A DNA stretch of 64,000 nucleotides from Eledone cirrhosa (Eukaryota), in assembly GCA_964016885.1 (NCBI GenBank), contig OZ024748.1:24428001-24492000 (forward strand), read 5' to 3'. Positions 1 through 13,400 of this stretch are shown here, in pieces; position 1 is the first letter of the stretch, and the number at the start of each line of letters is the position of its first letter. A model generated the notes under the pieces. The model ran no database searches and was not told where the DNA came from. It saw only the letters and a program-made list of their open reading frames with translations. The translations under genes and the position numbers were made by a program.

Positions 1-13
1 GATCCTTGTTGCC

Positions 14-38
14 AGTCAACTATCAACAATACTTGACT
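14..38. other. Imperfect inverted repeat inside each monomer (first copy given): AGTCAACTAT-ctaca-ATA[C/A]TTGACT
   Basis: The reverse complement of AGTCAACTAT is ATAGTTGACT. The consensus right arm ATACTTGACT or ATAATTGACT matches 9/10, with a 5-nt loop (CTACA; CAACA in this first copy). Confidence 0.9.
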
Positions 39-3000
39 TGATCCTTGTTTTCAGTCAACTATCTACAATAATTGACTTGATCCTGGTTGTCAGTCAACTA
101 TCTACAATACTTAACTTTATCCTTGTTGTCAGTCAACTATCTACAATACATGACTTGATCCTTGTTGCCAGTCAACTATCTACAATAATTGACTTGATTC
201 TTGTTGCCAGTCAACTATCTACAATACTTGACTTGATCCTTGTTGCCAGTCAACTATCTACAATACTTGACTTGATCCTTGTTTTCAGTCAACTATCTAC
301 AATAATTGACTTGATCCTTGTTGTCAGTCAACTATCTACAATACTAAACTTTATCCTTGTTGCCAGTCAACTATCTACAATAATTGACTTGATCCTTGTT
401 GCCAGTCAACTATCTACAATACTTGACTTTATCCTTGTTGCCAGTCAACTATCTACAATACTTGACTTTTCCTTGTTGTCAGTCAACTATCTACAATACT
501 TGACTTTTCCTTGTTGTCAGTCAACTATCTACAATAATTGACTTGATCCTTGTTGTCAGTCAACTATCTACAATAATTGACTTGATCCTTGTTTTCAGTC
601 AACTATCTACAATACTTGACTTGATCCTTGTTTTCAGTCAACTATCTACAATAATTGACTTGATCCTTGTTGTCAGTCAACTATCTACAATACTTGACTT
701 GATCCTTCTTGTCAGTCAACTATCTACAATACTTGACTTGATCCTGGTTGCCAGTCAACTATCTACAATACTTGACTTGATCCTTGTTGTCAGTCAACTA
801 TCTACAATACTTGACTTGATGCTGGTTGTCAGTCAACTATCTACAATACTTGACTTGATCCTTGTTGTCAGTCAACTATCTACAATACTTGACTTTATCC
901 TTGTTGCAAGTCATCTATCTACAATACTTGACTTGATCCTTGTTGTCAGTCAACTATCTACAATACTTGACTTGATCCTGGTTGCCAGTCAACTATCTAC
1001 AATACTTGACTTGATCCTTGTTGTCAGTCAACTATCTACAATACTTGACTTGATCCTGGTTGTCAGTCAACTATCTACAATACTTGACTTGATCCTTGTC
1101 TTCAGTCAACTATCTACAATAATTGACTTGATCCTTGTTGCCAGTCAACTATCTACAATACTTGACTTGATCCTTGTTGCCAGTCAACTATCTACAATAC
1201 TTGACTTGATCCTTGTTTTCAGTCAACCATCTACAATAATTGACTTGATCCTTGTTGTTAGTCAACTATCTACGATACTTAACTTTATCCTTGTTGTCAG
1301 TCAACTATCTACAATACTTGACTTGATCCTTGTTGCCAGTCAACTATCTACAATAATTGACTTGATCCTTGTTGCCAGTCAACTATCTGCAATACTTGAC
1401 TTGATCCTTGTTGCCAGTCAACTATCAACAATACTTGACTTGATCCTTGTTTTCAGTCAACTATCTACAATAATTGACTTGATCCTTGTTGTCAGTCAAC
1501 TATCTACAATACTTAACTTTATCCTTGTTGTCAGTCAACTATCTACAATACATGACTTGATCCTTGTTGTCAGTCAACTATCTACAATACTTGACTTGAT
1601 CCTTGTTGTCAGTCAACTATCTACAATACTTGACTTGATCCTTGTTTTCAGTCAACCATCTACAATAATTGACTTGATCCTTGTTGTCAGTCAACTATCT
1701 ACAATAATTGACTTGATCCTTGTTGTCAGTCAACTATCTACAATACTTAACTTTATCGTTGTTGCTAGTCAACTATCTACAATACTTGACTTGATCCTTG
1801 TTGCCAGTCAACTATCTACAATAATTGACTTGATCCTTGTTGCCAGTCAACTATCTACAATACTTGACTTGATCCTTGTTGCCTGTCAACTATCTACAAT
1901 ACTTGACTTGATCCTTGTTTTCAGTCAACTATCTACAATAATTGACTTGATCCTTGTTGTCAGTCAACTATCTACAATACTTAACTTTATCCTTGTTGTC
2001 AGTCAACTATCTACAATACTTGACTTGATCCTTGTTGCCAGTCAACTATCTACAATACTTGACTTTTCCTTGTTGTCAGTCAACTATCTACAATAATTGA
2101 ATTGATCCTTGTTTTCAGTCAACTATCAACAATACTTGACTTGATCCTTGTTTTCAGTCAACTATCTACAATAATTGACTTGATCCTTGTTGTCAGTCAA
2201 CTATCTACAATACTTGACTTGATCCTTGTTGTCAGTCAACTATCTACAATACTTGACTTGATCCTGGTTGCCAGTCAACTATCTACAATACTTGACTTGA
2301 TCCTTGTTGTCAGTCAACTATCTACAATACTTGACTTGATCCTGGTTGCCAGTCAACTATCTACAATATTTTACTAGATCCTTGTTGTCAGTCAACTATC
2401 TACATTACTTGACTTTATCCTTGTTGCCAGTCAACTATCTACAATACTTGACTTGATCCTTGTTGTCAGTCAACTATCTACAATACTTGACTTGATCCTG
2501 GTTGCCAGTCAACTATCTACAATACTTGACTTGATCCTTGTTGTCAGTCAACTATCTACAATACTTGACTTGATGCTGGTTGTCAGTCAACTATCTACAA
2601 TACTTGACTTGATCCTTGTTGTCAGTCAACTATCTACAATACTTGACTTTATCCTTGTTGCCAGTCAACTATCTACAATACTTGACTTGATCCTTGTTGT
2701 CAGTCAACTATCTACAATACTTGACTTGATCCTGGTTGCCAGTCAACTATCTACAATACTTGACTTGATCCTTGTTGTCAGTCAACTATCTACAATACTT
2801 GACTTGATCCTGGTTGTCAGTCAACTATCTACAATACTTGACTTGATCCTTGTTTTCAGTCAACTATCTACAATAATTGACTTGGTCTTGTTGCCAGTCA
2901 ACTATCTACAATACTTGACTTGATCCTTGTTGCCAGTCAACTATCTACAATACTTGACTTGATCCTTGTTTTCAGTCAACCATCTACAATAATTGACTTG

Positions 3001-6000
3001 ATCCTTATTGTTAGTCAACAATCTACAATACTTAACTTTATCCTTGTTGTCAGTCAACTATCTACAATACTTGACTTGATCCTTGTTGTCAGTCAACTAT
3101 CTACAATACTTGACTTGATCCTGGTTGCCAGTCAACTATCTACAATACTTGACTTGATCCTTGTTGTCAGTCAACTATCTACAATACTTGACTTGATCCT
3201 GGTTGCCAGTCAACTATCTACAATAATTGACTTGATCATTGTTGCCAGTCAACTATCTACAATACTTGACTTGATCCTTGTTGCCAGTCAACTATCAACA
3301 ATACTTGACTTGATCCTTGTTTTCAGTCAACTATCTACAATAATTGACTTGATCCTTGTTGTCAGTCAACTATCTACAATACTTAACTTTATCCTTGTTG
3401 TCAGTCAACTATCTACAATACATGACTTGATCCTTGTTGTCAGTCAACTATCTACAATACTTGACTTGATCCTTGTTGTCAGTCACCTATCTACAATACT
3501 TGACTTGATCCTTGTTTTCAGTCAACCATCTACAATAATTGACTTGATCCTTGTTGTCAGTCAACTATCTACAATAATTGACTTGATCCTTGTTGTCAGT
3601 CAACTATCTACAATACTTAACTTTATCCTTGTTGTCAGTCAACTATCTACAATACTTGACTTGATCCTTGTTGCCAGTCAACTATCTACAATAATTGACT
3701 TGATCCTTGTTGCCAGTCAACTATCTACAATACTTGACTTTATCCTTGTTGCCTGTCAACTATCTACAATACTTGACTTGATCCTTGTTTTCAGTCAACT
3801 ATCTACAATAATTGACTTGATCCTTGTTGCCAGTCAACTATCTACAATACTTGACTTGATCCTTGTTTTCAGTCAACCATCTACAATAATTGACTTGATC
3901 CTTGTTGTTAGTCAACTATCTACGATACTTAACTTTATCCTTGTTGTCAGTCAACTATCTACAATACTTGACTTGATCCTTGTTGCCAGTCAACTATCTA
4001 CAATAATTGACTTGATCCTTGTTGCCAGTCAACTATCTACAATACTTGACTTGATCCTTGTTGTCAGTCAACTATCTACAATACTTGACTTGATCCTTGT
4101 TGTCAGTCAACTATCTACAATACTTGACTTGATCCTTGTTGCCAGTCAACTATCTACAATACTTGACTTTATCCTTGTTGCCAGTCAACTATCTACAATA
4201 CTTGACTTTTCCTTGTTGTCAGTCAACTATCTACAATAATTGACTTGATCCTTGTTTTCAGTCAACTATCTACAATACTTGACTTGATCCTTGTTTTCAG
4301 TCAACTATCTACAATAATTGACTTGATCCTTGTCAGTCAACTAACTACAATACTTGACTTGATCCTTGTTGCCAGTCAACTATCTACAATACTTGACTTG
4401 ATCCTTGTTGTCAGTCAACTATCTACAATACTTGACTTGATCCTGGTTGCCAGTCAACTATCTACAATATTTTACTTGATCCTTGTTGTCAGTCAACTAT
4501 CTACATTACTTGACTTTATCCTTGTTGCCAGTCAACTCTCTACAATACTTGACTTGATCCTTGTTGTCAGTCAACTATCTACAATACTTTACTTGATCCT
4601 GGTTGCCAGTCAACTATCTACAATACTTGACTTGATCCTTGTTGTCAGTCAACTATCTACAATACTTGACTTGATCCTTGTTGTCAGTCAACTATCTACA
4701 ATACTTGACTTGATCCTTGTTGTCAGTCAACTATCTACAATACTTGACTTTATCATTGTTGCCAGTCAACTATCTACAATACTTGACTTGATCCTTGTTG
4801 TCAGTCAACTATCTACAATACTTGACTTGATCCTGGTTGCCAGTCAACTATCTACAATACTTGACTTGATCCTGGTTGTCAGTCAACTATCTACAATACT
4901 TGACTTGATCCTTGTTTTCAGTCAACTATCTACAATAATTGACTTGATCCTTGTTGCCAGTCAACTATCTACAATACTTGACTTGATCCTTGTTGCCAGT
5001 CAACTATCTACAATACTTGACTTGATCCTTCTTGCCAGTCAACTATCTACAATACTTGACTTGATCCTTGTTGCCAGTCAACTATCTACAATAATTGACT
5101 TGATCCTTGTTGCCAGTCAACTATCTACAATACTTGACTTGATCCTTGTTGCCAGTCAACTATCAACCATACTTGACTTGATCCTTGTTTTCAGTCAACT
5201 ATCTACAATAATTGACTTGATCCTTGTTGTCAGTCAAATATCTACAATACTTAACTTTATCCTTGTTGTCAGTCAACTATCTACAATACATGACTTGATC
5301 CTTGTTGCCAGTCAACTATCTACAATAATTGACTTGATTCTTGTTGCCAGTCAACTATCTACAATACTTAACTTTATCCTTGTTGTCAGTCAACTATCTA
5401 CAATACATGACTTGATCCTTGTTGCCAGTCAACTATCTACAATAATTGACTTAATTCTTGTTGCCAGTCAACTATCTACAATACTTGACTTGATCCTTGT
5501 TGCCAGTCAACTATCTACAATACTTGACTTGATCCTTGTTTTCAGTCAACTATCTACAATAATTGACTTGGTCCTTGTTGTCAGTCAACTATCTACAATA
5601 CTAAACTTTATCCTTGTTGCCAGTCAACTATCTACAATACTTGACTTTTCCTTGTTGTCAGTCAACTATCTACAATACTTGACTTTTCCTTGTTGTCAGT
5701 CAACTATCTACAAGAATTGACTTGATCCTTGTTGTCAGTCAACTATCTACAATAATTGACTTGATCCTTGTTTTCAGTAAACTATCTACAATACTTGACT
5801 TGATCCTTGTTTTCAGTCAACTATCTACAATAATTGACTTGATCCTTGTTGTCCGTCAACTATCTACAATACTTAACTTTATCCTTGTTGTCAGTTAACT
5901 ATCTACAATACATGACTTGATCCTTGTTGTCAGTCAACTATCTACAATACTTGACTTGATCCTTGTTGTCAGTCAACTATCTACAATACTTGACTTGATC

Positions 6001-9000
6001 CTTGTTGTCAGTCAACTATCTACAATACTTGACTTGATCCTGGTTGCCAGTCAACTATCTACAATACTTGACTTGATCCTTGTTGTCAGTCAACTATCTA
6101 CAATACTTGTCTTGATCCTGGTTGCTAGTCAACTATCTACAATATTTTACTTGATCCTTGTTGTCAGTCAACTATCTACATTACTTGACTTTATCCTTGT
6201 TGCCAGTCAACTATCTACAATACTTGACTTGATCCTTGTTGTCAGTCAACTATCTACAATACTTGACTTGATCCTGGTTGCCAGTCAACTATCTACAATA
6301 CTTGACTTGATCCTTGTTGTCAGTCAACTATCTACAATACTTGACTTGATCCTGGTTGTCAGTCAACTATCTACAATACTTGACTTGATCCTTGTTTTCA
6401 GTCAACTATCTACAATAATTGACTTGATCCTTGTTGCCAGTCAACTATCTACAATACTTGACTTGATCCTTGTTGCCTGTCAACTATCTACAATACTCAA
6501 CTTGATCCTTGTTTTCAGTCAACAATCTACAATAATTGACTTGATCCTTGTTGTCAGTCAACTATCTACAATACATAACTTTATCCTTGTTGTCAGTCAA
6601 CTATCTACAATACTTGACTTGATCCTTGTTGCCAGTCAACTATCTACAATACTTGACTTTTCCTTGTTGTCAGTCAACTATCTACAATAATTGACTTGAT
6701 CCTTGTTTCCAGTCAACTATCTACAATACTTGACTTGATCCTTGTTTTCAGTCAACTATCTACAATAATTGACTTGATCCTTGTTGTCAGTCAACTATCT
6801 ACAATACTTGACTTGATCCTTGTTGTCAGTCAACTATCTACAATACTTGACTTGATCCTGGTTGCCAGTCAACTATCTACAATACTTGACTTGATCCTTG
6901 TTGTCAGTCAACTATCTACAATACTTGACTTGATCCTGGTTGCCAGTCAACTATCTACAATATTTTACTTGATCCTTGTTGTCAGTCAACTATCTACATT
7001 ACTTGACTTTATCCTTGTTGCCAGTCAACTATCTACAATACTTGACTTGATCCTTGTTTTCAGTCAACTATCTACAATAATTGACTTGATCTTGTTGCCA
7101 GTCAACTATCTACAATACTTGACTTGATCCTTGTTGCCAGTCAACTATCTACAATACTTGACTTGATCCTTGTTTTCAGTCAACCATCTACAATAATTGA
7201 CTTGATCCTTGTTGTTAGTCAACTATCTACAATACTTAACTTTATCCTTGTTGTCAGTCAACTATCTACAATACTTGACTTGATCCTTGTTGCCAGTCAA
7301 CTATCTACAATAATTGACTTGATCCATGTTGCCAGTCAACTATCTACAATACTAGACTTGATCCTTGTTCCCAGTCAACTATCAACAATACTTGACTTGA
7401 TCCTTGTTTTCAGTCAACTATCTACAATAATTGACTTGATCCTTGTTTTCAGTCAACTATCTACAATAATTAACTTGATCCTTGTTGTCAGTCAACTATC
7501 TACAATACTTGACTTGATCCTTGTTGTCAGTCAACTATCTACAATACTTGACTTGATCCTGGTTGCCAGTCAACTATCTACAATACATGACTTGATCCTT
7601 GTTGTCAGTCAACTATCTACAATACTTGACTTGATCCTTGTTGTCAGTCAACTATCTACAATACTTGACTTGATCCTTGTTTTCAATCAACCATCTACAA
7701 TAATTGACTTGATCCTTGTTGTCAGTCAACTATCTACAATAATTGACTTGATCCTTGTTGTCAGTCAACTATCTACAATACTTAACTTTATCCTTGTTGT
7801 CAGTCAACTATCTACAATACTTGACTTGATCCTTGTTGCCAGTCAACTATCTACAATAATTGACTTGATCCTTGTTGCCAGTCAACTATCTACAATACTT
7901 GACTTGATCCTTGTTGCCTGTCAACTATCTACAATACTTGACTTGATCCTTGTTTTCAGTGAACTATCTACAATAATTGACTTGATCCTTGTTGTCAGTC
8001 AACTATCTACAATACTTAACTTTATCCTTGTTGTCAGTCAACTATCTACAACACTTGACTTGATCCTTGTTGTCAGTCAACTATCTACAATACTTGACTT
8101 GATCCTTGTTGTCAGTCAACTATCTAAAATAATTGACTTGATCCTTGTTGTCAGTCAACTATCTACAATACTTGACTTTATCCTTGTTCCCAGTCAACTA
8201 TCAACAATACTTGACTTGATCCTTGTTTTCAGTCAACTATCTACAATAATTGACTTGATCCTTGTTGTCAGTCAACTATCTACAATACTTAACTTGATCC
8301 TTGTTTTCAGTCAACTATCTACAATAGGTAACTTTATCCTTGTTGTCAGTCAACTATCTACAATACTTGACTTGATCCTTGTTGCCAGTCAACTATCTAC
8401 AATACTTGACTTTATCCTTGTTGCCAGTCAACTATCTACAATACTTGACTTTTCCTTGTTGTCAGTCAACTATCTACAATAATTGACTTGATCCTTGTTT
8501 TCAGTCAACTATCTACAATACTTGACTTGATCCTTGTTTTCAGTCAACTATCTACAATAATTGACTTGATCCTTGTTGTCAGTCAACTATCTACAATACT
8601 TGACTTGATCCTTGTTGTCAGTCAACTATCTACAATACTTGACTTGATCCTGGTTGCCAGTCAACTATCTACAATACTTGACTTGATCCTTGTTGTCAGT
8701 CAACTATCTACAATACTTGACTTGATCCTGGTTGCCAGTCAACTATCTACAATATTTTACTTGATCCTTGTTGTCAGTCAACTATCTACATTACTTGACT
8801 TTATCCTTGTTGCCAGTCAACTATCTACAATACTTGACTTGATCCTTGTTGTCAGTCAACTATCTACAATACTTGACTTGATCCTGGTTGCCAGTCAACT
8901 ATCTACAATACTTGACTTGATCCTTGTTGTCAGTCAACTATCTACAATACTTGACTTGATCCTGGTTGTCAGTCAACTATCTACAATACTTGACTTGATC

Positions 9001-10479
9001 CTTGTTTTCAGTCAACTATCTACAATAATTGACTTGATCCTTGTTGCCAGTCAACTATCTACAATACTTGACTTGATCCTTGTTGCCTGTCAACTATCTA
9101 CAATACTTGACTTGATCCTTGTTTTCAGTCAACTATCTACAATAATTTACTTGATCCTTGTTGTCAGTCAACTATCTACAATACATAACTTTATCCTTGT
9201 TGTCAGTCAACTATCTACAATACTTGACTTGATCCTTGTTGCCAGTCAACTATCTACAATACTTGACTTTATCATTGTTGCCAGTCAACTATCTACAATA
9301 CTTGACTTGATCCTTGTTGTCAGTCAACTATCTACAATACTTGACTTGATCCTTGTTGCCAGTCAACTATCTACAATACTTGACTTGATCCTTGTTTTCA
9401 GTCAACTATCTACAATAGGTAACTTTATCCTTGTTGTCAGTCAACTATCTACAATACTTGACTTGATCCTTGTTGCCAGTCAACTATCTACAATACTTGA
9501 CTTTATACTTGTTGCCAGTCAACTATCTACAATACTTGACTTTTCCTTGTTGTCAGTCAACTATCTACAATAATTGACTTGATCCTTGTTTTCAGTCAAC
9601 TATCTACAATACTTGACTTGATCCTTTATTTCAGTCAACTATCTACAATAATTGACTTGATCCTTGTTGTCAGTCAACTATCTACAATACTTGACTTGAT
9701 CCTTGTTGTCAGTCAACTATCTACAATACTTGACTTGATCCTGGTTGCCAGTCAACTATCTACAATACTTGACTTGATCCTTGTTGTCAGTCAACTATCT
9801 ACAATACTTGACTTGATCCTGGTTGCCAGTCAACTATCTACAATATTTTACTTGATCCTTGTTGTCAGTCAACTATCTACATTACTTGACTTTATCCTTG
9901 TTGCCAGTCAACTGTCTACAATACTTGACTTGATCCTTGTTGTCAGTCAACTATCTACAATACTTGACTTGATCCTGGTTGTCAGTCATCTATCTACAAT
10001 AATTGACTTGATCCTTGTTGCCAGTCAACTATCTACAATACTTGATTTGATCCTTGTTGCCTGTCAACTATCTACAATACTTGACTTGATCCTTGTTTTC
10101 AGTCAACTATCTACAATAATTTACTTGATCCTTGTTGTCAGTCAACTATCTACAATACATAACTTTATCCTTGTTGCCAGTCAACTATCTACAATACTTG
10201 ACTTTATCATTGTTGCCAGTCAACTATCTACAATACTTGACTTGATCCTTGTTGTCAGTCAACTATCTACAATACTTGACTTGATCCTTGTTGCCAGTCA
10301 ACTATCTACAATACTTGACTTGATCCTTGTTTTCAGTCAACTATCTACAATAGGTAACTTTATCCTTGTTGTCAGTCAACTATCTACAATACTTGACTTG
10401 ATCCTTGTTGCCAGTCAACTATCTACAATACTTGACTTTATCCTTGTTGCCAGTCAACTATCTACAATACTTGACTTTT

Positions 10480-13400
10480 CCTTGTTGTCAGTCAACTATC
10501 TACAATAATTGACTTGATCCTTGTTTTCAGTCAACTATCTACAATACTTGACTTGATCCTTGTTTTCAGTCAACTATCTACAATAATTGACTTGATCCTT
10601 GTTGTCAGTCAACTATCTACAATACTTGACTTGATCCTTGTTGTCAGTCAACTATCTACAATACTTGACTTGATCCTGGTTGCCAGTCAACTATCTACAA
10701 TACTTGACTTGATCCTTGTTGTCAGTCAACTATCTACAATACTTGACTTGATCCTGGTTGTCAGTCAACTATCTACAATACTTGACTTGATCCTTGTTTT
10801 CAGTCAACTATCTACAATAATTGACTTGATCCTTGTTGCCAGTCAACTATCTACAATACTTGACTTAATCCTTGTTGCCTGTCAACTATCTACAACACTT
10901 GACTTGATCCTTGTTTTCAGTCAACTATCTACAATAATTGACTTGATCCTTGTTGTCAGTCAACTATCTACAATACATAACTTTATCCTTGTTGTCAGTC
11001 AACTATCTACAATACTTGACTTGATCCTTGTTGCCAGTCAACTATCTACAATACTTGACTTTTCCTTGTTTTCAGTCAACTATCTACAATACTTGACTTG
11101 ATCCTTGTTTTCAGTCAACTATCTACAATAATTGACTTGATCTTGTTGCCAGTCAACTATCTACAATACTTGACTTGATCCTTGTTGCCAGTCAACTATC
11201 TACAATACTTGACTTGATCCTTGTTTTCAGTCAACTTTCTACAATAATTGACTTGATCTTGTTGCCAGTCAACTATCTACAATACTTGACTTGATCCTTG
11301 TTGCCAGTCAACTATCTACAATACTTGACTTGATCCTTGTTTTCAGTCAACCATCTACAATAATTGACTTGATCCTTGTTGTTAGTCAACTATCTACAAT
11401 ACTTAACTTTATCCTTGTTGTCAGTCAACTATCTACAATACTTGACTTGATCCTTGTTGCCAGTCAACTATCTACAATACTTGACTTGATCCATGTTGCC
11501 AGTCAACTATCTACAATACTTGACTTGATCCTTGTTGCCAGTCAACTATCAACAATACTTGACTTGATCCTTGTTTTCAGTCAACTATCTACAATAATTG
11601 ACTTGATCCTTGTTGTCAGTCAACTATCTACAATACTTAACTTTATCCTTGTTGTCAGTCAACTATCTACAATACATGACTTGATCCTTGTTGTCAGTCA
11701 ACTATCTACAATACTTGACTTGATCCTTGTTGTCAGTCAACTATCTACAATACTTGACTTGATCCTTGTTTTCAGTCAACCATCTACAATAATTGACTTG
11801 ATCCTTGTTGTCAGTCAACTATCTACAATAATTGACTTGATCCTTGTTGTCAGTCAACTATCTACAATACTTAACTTTATCCTTGTTTTCAGTCAACTAT
11901 CTACAATACTTGACTTGATCCTTGTTGCCAGTCAACTATCTACAATAATTGACTTGATCCTTGTTGCCAGTCAACTATCTACAATACTTGACTTGATCCT
12001 TGTTGCCTGTCAACTATCTACAATACTTGACTTGATCCTTGTTTTCAGTGAACTATCTACAATAATTGACTTGATCCTTGTTGTCAGTCAACTATCTACA
12101 ATACTTAACTTTATCCTTGTTGTCAGTCAACTATCTACAACACTTGACTTGATCCTTGTTGTCAGTCAACTATCTACAATACTTGACTTGATCCTTGTTG
12201 TCAGTCAACTATCTAAAATAATTGACTTGATCCTTGTTGTCAGTCAACTATCTACAATACTTGACTTGATCCTTGTTCCCAGTCAACTATCAACAATACT
12301 TGACTTGATCCTTGTTTTCAGTCAACTATCTACAATAATTGACTTGATCCTTGTTGTCAGTCAACTATCTACAATACTTAACTTTATCCTTGTTGCCAGT
12401 CAACTATCTGCAATACTTGACTTGATCCTTGTTTTCAGTCAACTATCTACAATACTTGACTTGATCCTTGTTGTCAGTCAACTATCTACAATACTTGACT
12501 TGATCCTTGTTGTCAGTCAACCATCTACAATACTTGACTTGATCCTTGTTGCCAGTCAACTATCTACAATACTTGACTTGATCCTTGTTTTCAGTCAACT
12601 ATCTACAATAGGTAACTTTATCCTTGTTGTCAGTCAACTATCTACAATACTTGACTTGATCCTGGTTGTCAGTCATCTATCTACAATAATTGACTTGATC
12701 CTTGTTGCCAGTCAACTATCTACAATACTTGACTTGATCCTTGTTGCCTGTCAACTATCTACAATACTTGACTTGATCCTTGTTTTCAGTCAACTATCTA
12801 CAATAATTTACTTGATCCTTGTTGTCAGTCAACTATCTACAATACATAACTTTATCCTTGTTGTCAGTCAACTATCTACAATACTTGACTTGATCCTTGT
12901 TGCCAGTCAACTATCTACAATACTTGACTTTATCATTGTTGCCAGTCAACTATCTACAATACTTGACTTGATCCTTGTTGTCAGTCAACTATCTACAATA
13001 CTTGACTTGATCCTTGTTGCCAGTCAACTATCTACAATACTTGACTTGATCCTTGTTTTCAGTCAACTATCTACAATAGGTAACTTTATCCTTGTTGTCA
13101 GTCAACTATCTACAATACTTGACTTGATCCTTGTTGCCTGTCAACTATCTACAATACTTGACTTTATCCTTGTTGCCAGTCAACTATCTACAATACTTGA
13201 CTTTTCCTTGTTGTCAGTCAACTATCTACAATAATTGACTTGATCCTTGTTTTCAGTCAACTATCTACAATACTTGACTTGATCCTTGTTTTCAGTCAAC
13301 TATCTACAATAATTGACTTGATCCTTGTTGTCAGTCAACTATCTACAATACTTGACTTGATCCTTGTTGTCAGTCAACTATCTACAATACTTGACTTGAT

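Noticed and set aside
33-69. Sigma70-like promoter elements TTGACT and TACAAT in each monomer
   Set aside because: The spacing is 25 bp rather than 16-18 bp, the minus strand gives no proper pair either, and there is no bacterial gene context.
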